From the NCBI GenBank assembly GCA_021613535.1, contig CP075493.1, positions 16,802,001 through 16,866,000 of the forward strand: DNA of 64,000 nt, read 5' to 3'. The translations under genes were made by a program, and so were the position numbers. The notes under the pieces were generated by a model. The model searched no databases. It had not been told where the DNA came from and saw nothing but the letters and a program-made list of their open reading frames with translations. Positions 38,601-53,600 of this stretch are shown here, one piece after another; within the stretch, counting starts at the first letter, position 1, and each line of letters opens with the position of its first letter. This DNA is from Adineta vaga (lineage: Eukaryota > Animalia > Rotifera).

Positions 38601-41600
38601 GTCACATCGAACAGCGTATCCTACACTATTTTTACAAGTGGTTCAACTGGAACACCGAAAGGAGTAAGTACATTCTACATCTAGTCCACAATCGACAATG
38701 TAACTTTTTCTTTAGGTGCAAATTCGACATTCTAATTTTCTTGGATGTATTCGATCTCTGGTTGATATAGAACTTTTTACATGCAATGATACAATTATTC
38801 AAATGGCAAGTTGTTCGTATGATGTACACGTACAAGAAATCGTAGGAGCACTGATTGCCGGTTCAAGCATTGTGATGCTTCGTTGTCAAGGGAATATGGA
38901 TCTAGAATATGTCCTTAGGGTTTTAGATGAAAAACAAGTTTCATACATGCAAAGTGTTCCAGCTTATTTCAGTAATATGTGTAATTTTCTCCTGGAACAC
39001 AAGTATGAAAATCTTGTTGCATTACGCACAATTGATATCGGAGGTAGAATGATTTTAAAATTTAGTCAGAAAGTGTCAATTTTTATGTTTTCTAGGAGAT
39101 GTTAGTACTATTCAACTGTTCAAGAAATTAACTAGTAATATCTTCGAGAATGTGAGAGTAGTGCATTTATATGGGCCGGCAGAGACAACTGTTGACTCCA
39201 CTTTTCATGTCGTGAATCTTCAAATAGATACAACGCATGTTTCACTCGGATGCCCATTACCTAACTATACGTGTATGATTCTGGATGAATTGTCGCAACC
39301 TGTTGTAATCGATCAAGAAGGTGAGCTAGTTGTTGGAGGAGTAGGTGTCTCTGCAGGATATCTTGGACGTGATGAATTGACTGCGAATGCATTTTTCAAT
39401 TATGACGGATACAAATATTACCGAACAGGTGATCTAGTTCGATTGGGTAGCAATGGTCTTTTATATTATCAAGGAAGAAAAGATCATCAAGTCAAACTTC
39501 ATGGACAACGAATTGAATTAGGAGAAATTGAGCGATGTTTACTTCAGACATCTGTTACAGCTTGTGTTGTCATCAAATGGGGCGACGACCATTTGGTTGC
39601 TTATGTTCAAAGTTCTACTATTGATGAGAAACTATTACGTGATCATTGCCAATCTCATTTACCGTCTCACATGATTCCATCGATGTTCATCGTTCTGGAC
39701 AAACTACCATTGAATGCAAATGGAAAAGTTGATCGGAAACTTCTTCCTGCACCTAATTTCTCTCAACTCTCATCAAAATATCTAAAACATGATGTTCAAA
39801 TTTTAGCACCAAATAGTGAAGTTGAAATTATCATTCATAAGATTTGGTGTGATATTTTTCATCAAAATCAAATCTCAATTGATACAGATATCTTTACTAT
39901 TGGTGGTCATTCACTACTTCTTATGCAGATTAATCAGTTATATAAAGCTGCATTTCATTTGGAAAAAAAAACTTTCTCTATTGCTGATCTTTTCGGACAT
40001 CCAACAATTGTCGGCCATGCTCGCCTCATTGATCAGGCTGCTACTAGAACGATAATGTTGAGTGATCAATGGACATCGTTAAAACTCATTCAAGGTAAAG
40101 AAACAAGCTTTCCTAAATATTATTCTGTTCTACACTTCATTAATATCTAGCTAGAGCATCATTTGCTCAAGAACGTATAATTTTGGATGAACAAATTCGA
40201 TTTTCTTCGAAAGATGACAATAACATGTATATTATTCCATTACTTTATCGTATTTCATCTTCTACTACCAACATATCAATCGTTCGATTGCAACAAGCGC
40301 TTCAGGCTGTCATTATCAAACACAGTATTCTACGAACAGCATTTTATCTTGATACAAATGGTACTATTATGCAACATTGTTTAGATGCACAAGTTATCTT
40401 CGATAAAATGATATCCAATAACGTTTCACTATTAAATGTTTATGATGTAGATAATGATATTCGTAGTATCACTGTGAAAATAAATGAAATCTTAAATAAT
40501 TCTGATTTATTTGATTTATCAAAAGGACGTGTTATTTCTTGCCATATTCTTCGTCAATATCATGCCTACGATGACCGTTCATTCGGCAACGATGATCGAT
40601 TGACGAAAAATGATTTTATTTTATTTAGTATTCATCATTCTGTATTTGATGGAACATCAGTATCAACCTTCTTGCGTGATCTTTATCTTGCTTATGACAA
40701 TAATGCTAACTTACCTATAGATGAGAACATGCTTCAATATGTTGATTATTCAGTTTATGAACGTCTAATAGATATGACATCTTCTCGTGAGTTTTGGCAC
40801 TCTCAATTCCAAGGATATAATATCCAACGTCCCTTATCATGGTCATTTGATCGACATCGATCATCCATTGGTCAGCGATCAGGTTTAGCTTCTATAGTCT
40901 GCATCTCATTCAACAAAGAAGTTGCTTCATCATTTCTTAACTATGCATCTTCACATCAAGTCACACCATTTCAGTTAGGATTGGCTACATTTTATATATT
41001 TTTATTCAAGTTAACTCATGGTCAAACTGATCTATGTGTTACTTCTGTCAATGCTAATCGATATCGAAGTGAATTACAAAATCTCATTGGAATGTTTGTT
41101 TCAACATTACCTTGTCGTCTACAATTAGACTCTCATTGGTCATTCGGTGAAGTTGTAAAACATGTTCGAGAAAAATGTTTATCAATTCTTGAACATTCTC
41201 AATATCCATTACAGCAAATGCTCGCTGATTTCCATCTTAATCAATCAAATGTTCCATTCCTTGAAACAATCTTTGACTTTATTACTTTATCTTCAAACAC
41301 CAGTCTAATATCTTTTGATGGTGCAACCGTTGAACAAGAGTCAGTGGAAGAATTTTTTGAAGTAGCTAGGTTTGACTTTCTAATGAGATTTATTTATGAT
41401 CCAACATCAGGTAATGATGAACTGTCTTGTTCTTTGGTGTGTTCACGTGATTTGTTTGACCAAACAACCATCAAACAAATGGTTCGAAGATTTCAAAATC
41501 TTTTTGAGGAAATTTTTGCGGTGAACTTTAATATTACGTCGATTGAGAAATTTTGTATTATCTTACCAGAGGAAGCAGAAGAAATGCAAACAACAGTCTT

Positions 41601-44600
41601 TTCTAGGCTTGAGAATAATGTCAACGAAGGTACGTGAATAAGTAATAATTTACGACGAATTAACACTTACATCAGAATAAGAATCTATATCGATTATGCA
41701 TAACTAAGACAAGAATATCATGAAGATGATAGATAGCGTTTTTCTTGTCATTGCTTCACCATTAAAGAGTATCTCCAGATTACGTCCTAATATATTCTTA
41801 CCTTTAAAAACTCGGTTGATACTAATCCTGTAGGATGCATATGCAAGTTACAGAATAGAAAGACAGATCTTGCAACATACAGTCGTGGCAATCCAAATGA
41901 TTGTACACTTCCTCTTTTTTCCTCACACCACAGTATTTGTAATTGATGTACACTTCTCTCTCTGCTCTCTTCTTCCTTTCTGTACTCATGTTAGTAGCAG
42001 AAGAAGAACATGCAATTATCATACCATAATACATGGAAGATTATATTACTCTCTTCTCATTTATTCCCTTTTCTGAAAGAAAAGCTTACAGACTCGATAA
42101 AAATTGTTAAAGTTGATTGGTCCAAACCAATCAGAAAATAGCACTGGTTAAATTCGTGAAAACTTATACATAGTCATTAGAATACAATTCACCAAAGGGT
42201 AATCCAGATCGATGAACATGAATCTGCTGTTAGTTTTTTCTTTATAAAAAAATTCTATTACTTTTTTGAGACAAAGTACCATTTTTTTACAAAAAATCTT
42301 TCATATCAGGGTTGAGTGAAAGCCAATCGAGATCAAAGATTATGATTCTCATATTAGCTCTCAATATTATTTTAAGTACTTTATCAATTTTTTGAGGAAG
42401 CAACTGGATCTTAGAAAAATCAAGATTTCTTATAAGCGCTCACTAAAGAGTAATCGAATATGTTATATCTGTATCATGTTTTCGGATGGTGGTTTCTGTT
42501 CAGTGTTTGTTATCAGTCATCATAATAACGCAAACTGTTAATGTGGCGGAAAGAGACAGGAAGAGTAACTAGATTAAAATCAAAATGCTTTTGAAGAAGT
42601 GGGCAAGTGATTTGATTCAAGAGCTGAGGAAATCTTTATTGTATCTTAAGGTTGGTGACCAATATGATTGCATCCTTTGAGTATAGAAACAGCAGCATTG
42701 CGCTGCGTTGATTGTTATTAAGGAATTTATCAGCCATACCGTCTAAAGAAATAAGAATCAACATTATTGAATAATAGCCCGATTGGTGGTTAGTGAACCT
42801 TTCTCTACGAGAACGAGAGTATTCTGTTATTTGTATTTCGCAGATATCGATTGTTTTGTCGTATTGAAAACAGACGAAGACTATCAGAATACTAATGTTA
42901 TGTAATCAGCAGCAATTTATAAAATTGTTGCCTTCTTTCTCAGCTTCTGCTTTACATTTTATGATCGATGGCTTAGAAACGTTTCCTGAATAGTTGAGAT
43001 GAATGCACTTTGTTGTCTCGAAACGTATGTGACATTATAAGGCTGAACATTGAGTGAAAATGACCAGCATATGTCATATTAGATATAAGAGGTATATATA
43101 TTCTTATAAAACATATATAGCTAAAAAGGGTGCTTTTCCTTTTCCGTTTTCTTGCAGCTAAGAAACCTCTGACATCAAAATCATAATTCTAAATCGGTTG
43201 TTTTTTATAAAACTTAATCTGAATTTTCTTTCAGAAAAGGGTCAGCGAATCCCTCGAATGAGCTCAACTTGTTTATATACTAAAACATACATGATATCTT
43301 GATATCACACCCCATATTTATTACGTATCCTCTTCTGTTTACATTAACCCCCATAAATTCCTATCTTATTCCATTATCTCATCGAGTGTTATTAACATTA
43401 TAACCATCATTTTTGGACTTAGATATTTTTATATTAGCGCGCGACTGTACCTTTCCAGGTACCATATAAAGGACGAGAGAAATACAGTATAGCAGCGATT
43501 TCTTATCAAGAATAAAAGTTGATACAAACATATATTCTTATACAGTTCTATACGAACTCAGAAATTGTCACAATAGCATTTTTCAAAATGATGTATTTTT
43601 TAGCAATCGAGAAGAAGAACTCAATATGATGATCATGTAGTATGATTACGTATGAGTGATAAGCGAGCTTGAGAGTGATGATATTATACGGATGCGACAG
43701 GTTGAGTAGCTGTCCTATGCATTTGATTTTCCATTAAGTTAACACTTTGTATGCAGCTAACAAAAAATGTTAGAAGATTTAGCATGAAAAGCTCGATAGT
43801 TTATGAGGCCACTTTTTTTTCAAGTTGCACTTTTTTTGTTTACAAGAATAGGCAAACTTTTGAGCGACTAGATTTCGATACTGCAAAAAAATATTATTAC
43901 TGACCTGCCCATGTACCGCTCCACTCATTTTCGCAAAGTCAGAAAAATAGATGATTATCGCTTTCGTGAAATAGTTTTTATGTTATGAGAAGAATTACTT
44001 ACGGTGTTTTTCTTAATTATTTCGTCAGAGATTATATTAAATTGTTCATTCAGGGAAACTATGGTTAACTTCCTGCGAAAATCAATTTTGACGGAATACA
44101 TAAACATTTTAAAAATGTGATTCCGTCACGAAGGTACAGGTTCCGTCTTTTTCACAGTACTGAAATTCAGTTGTTTCGAGTTTGATTGATATCGTAAACA
44201 AATTGTACGTTTGTAAGAAAGTGATCTTGTGTAAATGGTGGAGTTTTTTCCAGGTCAACCAATCCGATGTTAGATCCGATCGGACACGATGATCCGACGA
44301 AATCCTATCGGATTCCTGGCGACGGAAGCCGAAAGAAATCCGACTGTCGGATTCCAATACACTTCCGATAATATCCGATGAATTAACAATAATCTGCGAA
44401 TACCTAATTTCTTTTGATTTTTCTCGGATTAAAAATCCTTTAATTATATTTTGTATGTTTTCGATTAGAGTTTGACTCGTTTGGATTGGTTTAGGATGGA
44501 AAGCTCATTGTGTAGATTGTATAGTGGCTTAAGGAAGGGATAGATGAACAGTATCGATGGATGAATATGAATTATTATTGTGGGTGTCAGAATCGTATGA

Positions 44601-47600
44601 GATGAAATATAGGAAAAAAAAGTCAACTTCAAAGTTGTTTTGTGGAGAATTAATCGAGTGTTTCACTGAAAACTAAACATTTTTCAGGGATATAGGTGGA
44701 AATGGGAGTTGATGTATACGTTTCTTTTGGGTATGTTTTTCTGAATTGTTGGTAATGCGTGGCAGTGTTAATTAGTTTCATAAACAGTATTTATACATCA
44801 GTAGGTAGTGTTGCTTTAGGGGAAAGCACTAAGCTGGCAGTTATATTAGCTAAGCAGATGTTTTTGGTGGAAATTTGTAGTCATAGAATACGACAAAGGA
44901 CGATATTTGTTGTTCTGGTATGTGTAGTTTTTTGAAGAACACTCGCTTTTGTCGTTGCTCTCGTTATCAAGGTGATGGATGTCGTAGATTTTTGCTTATA
45001 ATACTTTCTGATGGAGTTATGAGGTATTGAAATAAGCAAAATACTATCTGCTTAATATGTGGAGGATTTAAAAATACGAATTTTACTGGGAGTTAGGTAA
45101 TATATATTCATAAACAGCGACAAATAATTTGAATATAGTGTTTCACGCTCATCTAATACGTCTTTTTGGTTGTTCATAATATTTATTTTACGATTTATGT
45201 CGGAGTATGGTGAAAATCGTTTTCAATCACCAAATAAAATAGAAAATGGAAAAAATTTTTAATAAATTGCTATGGAGACTGATCTCTTTTACTGATATTC
45301 ATAATTTTTGGATAGTTTTACCAAAACTAATTAGACAAGGTTAGCGATAAAATGGACAGATGCAGCATGTTCTTTACGCGATTTCTAGTCAACCTGACCT
45401 CTAGTTTTCCAGCAGTCACGACTCGACCATAGGATTCAATTGAACAATACGGAATGTTAGAACAGATAGGTTCTTTTAAAATGAGACGTCAGCAAGCTTT
45501 CTCCCAAGTGTTTCGGCTGAAAAACATGAGACTTACGGAAGTTTCTAAAAGAACTTTCACGAAATTATGAAAGTATCTCTAATGAATCTGTACCTATCAT
45601 CGGCATATCCTAGAGTCACCAATACTATTTTTTCAGTAACTGTTTTATTCACAAGACTTTTGAAACCGTCGTAGAAGATGGCGGTTAGATATTTAGTGAT
45701 CAACGTCTATCGAGTTATTGCTGAACAACCTTAGAAATATCCATCCTCTTGAAATAATCATTTTCAACAATTTCCAAAGAGAACCATCGACCAAACAGCT
45801 ATCTTAAATGTGCTATGATTCACTATGTAAACAAAACTTCATTCATGTCTATTCGAGCAGCAAAGTCATTTTTTTAAAGTTCCATATACACTATAAATAA
45901 ATCAAGATAACTCCTGTTTCAGTAATTATAAAAAATAAATTCTTGTATCTTATAGGATTAGCATCCTATGCTCAAGCTCGTATTTGGTTAGATGAACAAG
46001 TTCGATTCAATCTCGATCATTCACAAGTAGCAATCTACAATATGCCATTTCTTTATCGTCTCTCATCCACACATACTTTATCAGTTAAACAATTTCATCA
46101 AGCTCTTCAACTCACTATCACTAAACATCAAGCACTTCGAACATCATTGATCTTTGATTCAAACAAGAATCAACTCTTACAACGAGTCAATGACTTGAAC
46201 GATAGTCACAAACCATTGTTTACGTTTACAGAAAGTACTTTTCAAACAAATGAACAACTCGATGAGATAATGTATGACGAGAAACGCAATTCTCAATATT
46301 TCGATCTTACTCAAGGACTAGTCTTTCGATGTCATCTCATTTACTACAAACAAATCTCTTCAAATGATCTTCTTTGTGATAAAGATGTTATTATTTTCAA
46401 TTTTCATCATGCATTGTTCGATTTTCCATCGATGGATATCTTTCTTCGTGATCTCAATCAAGCTTATACAACAAATCAACTATCAACTGATGATAACATG
46501 AATCTACGATATCTTGACTGTAATGATCAATATTCTTCTTTTCTATTTGATTTCATCTATGTGTTTTTGTTCAACTATTTAGACGCTGTTATCGAACAAG
46601 AAATGTCAATGACTGGTGCAAGTCTATTTTGGCAAGATGTTCTTTATGATTGTAATTTTGATCGATCTTTACCATTACCATTTGATCGACATCGTCTTGC
46701 TAATGAATATAATACTGGTCGTGGAACATCTGTCTCTTTTGATTTTGGTGAAGATCTTTCACAAGCATTTCTTCTATACACATTGTCAAATCACATCGAA
46801 CCAATACACATAGCACTAGCATGTTATTATACTTTCTTATTTAAATTGACCAATGGACAAAGGGATTTATGTATTGGAACAAATACAGATGGTCGATACA
46901 GAGAAGAGTTGATGTCAGTGATTGGAATGTTTGTCAATGCTATCCCACTACGATGTCAGTTAGATCCTCATTGGTCTTTTCATCAGCTTGTCGAACGCGT
47001 TGTAGAAATAGAGACAAATAGTATAAAATATTCATATTTTCCTCTTCAGCGTATTCTTGCACTACATCCCAATACATCAAAAGCGGCATTTCTTGAGATA
47101 TCTTTTGTTTTTCATGCTATTGAAAATGAAAGTATCAACAATGAAATAATGATTGGTGAAAGTCAACTGGATTCTTTGTCAACAACGTCGATCAAAATTA
47201 GTGAAAATGAAATAATGAGTAAGTTCGATTTTTCTCTTAACATTCAACATGATCTCAATACTAATCAACTATCATGCACAATTGATGCATCACTTGACTT
47301 ATTCAATCTGGATACAATTCATCAGATTACACAACGATTCCATTTAACATTGGAACAATTATTTGCCTCTCTTGATGATCGCATCGACAAACCAATATGT
47401 AACTTATCATTAACATTATTGAATGAAAGGCTGCTGATGAGTTCTATGAATAATACACAAGTATCATTTTCTTCCATGTCTTGCATTCATCATGAATTTG
47501 TTAGACAAACAGTGAAATATCCACAAAAACTAGCAGTTGAACTTGATGAACAGTCTCTTACATATTCAGAATTATTATATTGTATACAGAGATTATCGTT

Positions 47601-50600
47601 ACATCTCCTAATTAACTATAATATCGTTCCAGGTAATATTATTTGTCAATGTGTAGAAAGAAGTTTATCAATGGTAAATTGATCAAAGAGAAAGTAATAT
47701 TAATGTAGATATATATTGTTGTTCCTTTAGGTGATTGGTATGATGGCAATTGAGACGGTCGGTTGCGCATATTGTCCATTATCACCCCAAGATCCTCTAC
47801 ACCGTTTATATTCACTTATTCGACAAACTCGAAATTCTGTTCTTCTAACACACTATTTGACCAAAACAAAATTTAATAGCGATATTGTTTTATTTGATAT
47901 TGACACCGTATTGATTGATAATGGCATGGAAAACGATGACAAAATTTATCCACTATTAGATGTTTTAGTCGTACCTGACAACGTAGCTTATGTCATTTTT
48001 ACAAGTGGCTCAACTGGAACACCAAAAGCGGTTAGTAATAAAAATCGATATTGTGAAAAAATAATGAACTTTTCTTCATCATTTGAAGGCTCAAGTTCGA
48101 CATAAGAATTTCACTAAATGTATACAGTCTTTGATTCTTAACGACATATTTAATATATATGATATAGTTGTTCAAATGTCACGTTGTTCATTCGATATTC
48201 ATGTTCAAGAAATATTAGGTACATTAATTAGTGGTGCTTCATTAATCATGCTTCATCCTAGAGGTACTTTGGATTTTCAATACATATCAGAGGTTCTTAA
48301 TGACAAACAAATTACATACATGCACTCTGTACCAAGTCTTCTTTACAGTTTCTTCACTTTTGCTGCACAACGAAATAATCAGTATGCTCCAAAATATCTT
48401 CGATCACTTTGTAGTAGTGGTGAGTTAAGATTCAATAGTTTTCAATTTTCTAATTGATTTTTGTTCTACTCATGCAGGTGAAGCATTTGCTATTAAACTG
48501 TTTGATGTAACTAAAAACATCGATATAAGAAACTGCCATATATGGAATCTCTATGGTCCAGCTGAAACAACCATTGATTCCACTAGTCGTCGTGTGAATA
48601 TTATAGCTGATAGAGAAAGCATACCGATTGGTGATCCACTGTCTAATTATATATGTCTAGTCTTAGATGAATTCTTACAATCTGTTGTGATCGATCAAGA
48701 AGGTGAATTAGTTGTTGGAGGAGTTGGAGTCTTTGCAGGATATCTTGGACGTGATGATTTGACACAGAAAGCACTCATTGAGATCGATGGGGAATTATTC
48801 TATCGAACAGGTGATCTTGTTCGAATGGATAAGAAAGGTCTTTTATATTATCAAGGAAGAAAAGATCATCAAGTCAAACTTCATGGACAACGAATTGAAT
48901 TAGGAGAAATTGAGCGATGTTTACTTCAGACATCTGTTACAGCTTGTGTTGTCATCAAATGGGGCGACGACCATTTGGTTGCTTATGTTCAAAGTTCTAC
49001 TATTAGTGAAAACAATTTACGTGATCATTGTCAATCTCACTTACCACCTCACATGATTCCATCGATGTTCATCATTCTTGATAAACTACCGTTGAACATA
49101 AATGGAAAAGTTGATCGGAAACTTCTTCCTGCACCTAATTTCTCGGTAAACTTGTCTCCATCAGCTAAACTTCATACTCCGCAAAATCACTTAGAAGAAG
49201 CCGTGCACGATGTATGGTGTGAAATTCTTCAGTGGATTGGAAAAGAGATATCAACTACTGTCAGTTTCTTTAGTATTGGTGGCCATTCACTTCTCTTCAT
49301 TAAACTTTATCATCGTTATCAATTTATATTTAATTTTGATAACCATGCACTTTCTATTGCACCCTTTCTCCAAAAGCCAACTATTGTTCAACATTCACAA
49401 TTGCTCCAGACAATCATAATAAAAAACATTCGCTCAATGAAATGGCATCCACTCCACATTAAACAAGGTAATAATTTTCTTTTCATATGGATATTTTTTT
49501 CAATCGATTGAAATATTCAATAATAAAACATTTAGGTCCTGCATCTTTTGCTCAAGAGCGGATCTTCCTCGATGAACAAGTTCGCTTCTCGAATGAAGTT
49601 GCCATCTACAATGAATTATCAATTCAACGACTTGTTCAAGGTTCATTATCGATCGATCGTTTATTAAAAGCACTTCGATATATAATAAGCAAACATAATA
49701 TATTACGATCATCTCTCATTTTTGACAATGAAGATAGTACTTTAAAACAATATGTTACTCAAAACCATCTATCATTCTCATTAGTCAATGAACAAACATT
49801 TGAAAATGAAAGTGAACTTTTCGATATTATCCATAAAGTTACAAGCAATCCAACTTTATTTAATTTGTCCGAAGGCCGAGTGTTTCATTGTGAGATTATT
49901 CGACAACAGAACTTAACTAATGAAAATAATGATAAGGAATTGATTAGAGAATCCGATGTTGTTATACTGGCTTTTCATCATGCAGCATCTGATCGATCAA
50001 GTTTCGCCGTCTTTTTCGAAGATTTGAGTTTTGCTTACAATAATAATAATGACACAACATGGTTTGAAGATGAGGATTCAATACAATACATTGATTATAG
50101 TGTACATGAACGTTTAATGGATATGACATTGTCTCGTGAATTTTGGCATTTTCAACTTGACGGTTACAATCCCGAGCGTCCTTTAGCATTGCCAGTTGAT
50201 CGACATCGTTCATCTGCTGATCAACGATCAGGTTTATCTTCTACAACTTACATATCGTTCAGCAAAGAAATTTCGAAATCATTTCTCGATTATGCATCTT
50301 CACATCAAGTCACACCATTTCAGTTAGGATTGGCTACATTTTATATATTTTTATTCAAGTTAACTCATGGTCAAACTGATCTATGTGTTACTTCTGTCAA
50401 TGCCAATCGATATCGAAGTGAATTACAAAGTCTCATTGGAATGTTTGTTTCAACATTACCATATCGATTTCAGCTGGATGGTAACTGGTCATTTGATGAA
50501 ATTGTAAAACGTGTACGAGAAATATGTTTATCAATTCTTGAACATTCTCAATACCCATTACAGCATATGCTCGCCGATTCGCATCTGAATCAGCCGAATG

Positions 50601-53600
50601 TTCCGTTTCTTGAGACAATGCTAGACTTTATTACTTTATCTTCGAATACAAGTCAAATATCTGTTGATGGTGCAGCTCTAGAAGAAGTAGCGCTAGTACA
50701 ATCATTCGAAGCAGCTAAGTTTGATTTTTCAATAACATTTATTTATAATCCAGCGTTAGAAGATGATGAACTGTCTTGTTCTTTCGTTTTTTCTCGTGAC
50801 ATATTCGAAGAAAAAACCATTAAACAAATAGTTTCAAGAATAGAAATACTATTTGAGAAACTTTTTGCAACAAACTCAAATACTTCACCGATGGACCAAT
50901 CTGTCACGTCAATTAACAAACTTTCTATTATTTTACCAAGCGAAGTGAATGAAATGCAAACAGTACACTTCTCTAGACTCAAAAATCTTGTTAACGAAGG
51001 TACGTGAACTAATACGAACATGAAAATGAAATTTGATCGGAACTATATTCCACTTACAAAATAGTGGCACGGAAATGAGAATTAATTGCTTGGTTAACAT
51101 CGTTATATTAGCAGAAAATAACTGCATTTGTGATCCTGGTCTTTTCGTTACTCTAAAGATTTGAATATGAGCCGTAGCGTTTTGTTCTATCTGAAACAGA
51201 TCGATTTGTTTCAGATAGAACAAAATCAATATATGTGATAGTTTCATGAGTGGACGTGTCATCAAACAGATATTTCATCCCTTCATGAAAAAGTAATTTA
51301 ATTCTTGTATCTTATAGGATTAGCATCCTATGCTCAAGCTCGTATTTGGCTTGATGAACAAACTCGTTTCGGTTCTAACAAACCACAAGTAGCAATCAAC
51401 AATATGCCATTTCTTTATCGTCTCTCATCCACACATACTTTATCAGTTAAACAATTTTATCAAGCTCTTCAGCTCATTATCACTAAACATCAAGCACTTC
51501 GAACATCATTGATCTTTGATTCAAACAAGAATCAACTCTTACAACGAGTCAATGACTTGAACGATAGTCACAAACCATTGTTTACGTTTACAGAAAGTAC
51601 TTTTCAAACAAATGAACAACTCGATGAGATAATGTATGACGAGAAACGCAATTCTCAATATTTCGATCTTACTCAAGGACTTGTCTTTCGATGTCATCTC
51701 ATTTACTACAAACAAATATCTTCAAATGATCTTCTTTGTGATAAAGATGTTATTATTTTCAATTTTCATCATGCATTGTTCGATTTTCCATCGATGGATA
51801 TCTTTCTTCGTGATCTCAATCAAGCTTATACAACAAATCAACTATCAACTGATGATAACATGAATCTACGATATCTTGACTGTAATGATCAATATTCTTC
51901 TTTTCTATTTGATTTCATCTATGTGTTTTTGTTCAACTATTTAGACGCTGTTATCGAACAAGAAATGTCAATGACTGGTGCAAGTCTATTTTGGCAAGAT
52001 GTTCTTTATGATTGTAATTTTGATCGATCTTTACCATTACCATTTGATCGACATCGTCTTGCTAATGAATATAATACTGGTCGTGGAACATCTGTCTCTT
52101 TTGATTTTGGTGAAGATCTTTCACAAGCATTTCTTAATTATTCGTTATTGTACAATATTAACCTTGAATATCTGATACTTTCTTGTTATTATGCTTTCTT
52201 ATTCAAATTATCAAATGGAGAAAAAGATCTTTCTATTGGAATTAACATTGATACTCGATCTAGAGATGAACTTAAATCGTTGATCGGAATATTCCAAAAT
52301 GTCATTCCATTACGATGTCAATTAGATCCTCATTGGTCTTTTCATCAATTAATTATATACTCTCAAGAGATAATGAGAAATAGTTTGAAATATTCATATT
52401 TTCCTCTTCAACGCATTCTCAATCAACATGTCAATAGTTCAAGACCTGCATTTCTTGATATATTCTTTGAATTTCAATCAAATCAAAACAAATCTTGTAA
52501 GAATGAGATTATCATTGATGATGTTCATCTCTATCCTATTTCCTATTCGAATCAAATCAATAGAAAGGAAGTTGTGAATAAATATGATTTCTCTCTTATT
52601 ATTCAACATGATTCGAATATTAATCAACTATCATGTACAATTAATGCATCACTTGATCTATTCAATGAAAACACAATTGACAAAAGTACACAACGATTTC
52701 ATTTTATGTTGCAACAATTATTTAGATCTACCGATGAATGGATGAAGAAACCAATCTATGAATTATCATTCATATTGTCAAATGAAAGACTACTCGTGGA
52801 ATCTTTGAATAACACACAAATATTATTTCCTTCTTCCACTTGTATACATCATGAATTTGTTTTTCAGGCAATGAATTATTCACAAAAACTAGCAATTGAA
52901 CTTGATGAACAATCTCTAACTTATTCTGAACTTTTACATTATGTTCAATTGTTTGCTATTGATCTAATAGACAATCATCATATCATTCCAGGTGACATTG
53001 TTTGTCAATGTGTAGAACGAAGTCTATCGATGGTAGGTTGATTGAAAAGTAATTTTTACTAAAATCGATCGAATATTGATCTTGATTAGGTAATTGGTAT
53101 AATGGCAATCGAGATGAGTGGTGGTATCTATTGTCCATTATCACCTCGAGATCCACCACATCGTTTGTGTGCACTTGTTCAACAAATTCAGAGTTGTCTT
53201 GTTCTTGTTCATTGGTCGACAAGAACTAAATTCAACGATAATATAATTTCACTTGACATCAGCTCGATGATGGCTGACATTGATATCAAATGTGACATTG
53301 ATGTCGATCGACTCTCAAATGTGCTAGTCACATCGAACAGCGTATCCTACACTATTTTTACAAGTGGTTCAACTGGAACACCGAAAGGAGTAAGTACATT
53401 CTACATCTAGTCCACAATCGACAATGTAACTTTTTCTTTAGGTGCAAATTCGACATTCTAATTTTCTTGGATGTATTCGATCTCTGGTTGATATAGAACT
53501 TTTTACATGCAATGATACAATTATTCAAATGGCAAGTTGTTCGTATGATGTACACGTACAAGAAATCGTAGGAGCACTGATTGCCGGTTCAAGCATTGTG

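Noticed and set aside
41829-42090. Possible solo LTR (TGTA...TACA) in the 4.3-kb intron
   Set aside because: No matching target-site duplication, second copy, PBS or PPT found.
44250-44380. Cluster of TCCGA/TCGGA motifs, CRISPR-like at first glance
   Set aside because: No constant repeat or spacer length, and the context is eukaryotic. Probably a decayed transposon terminus.
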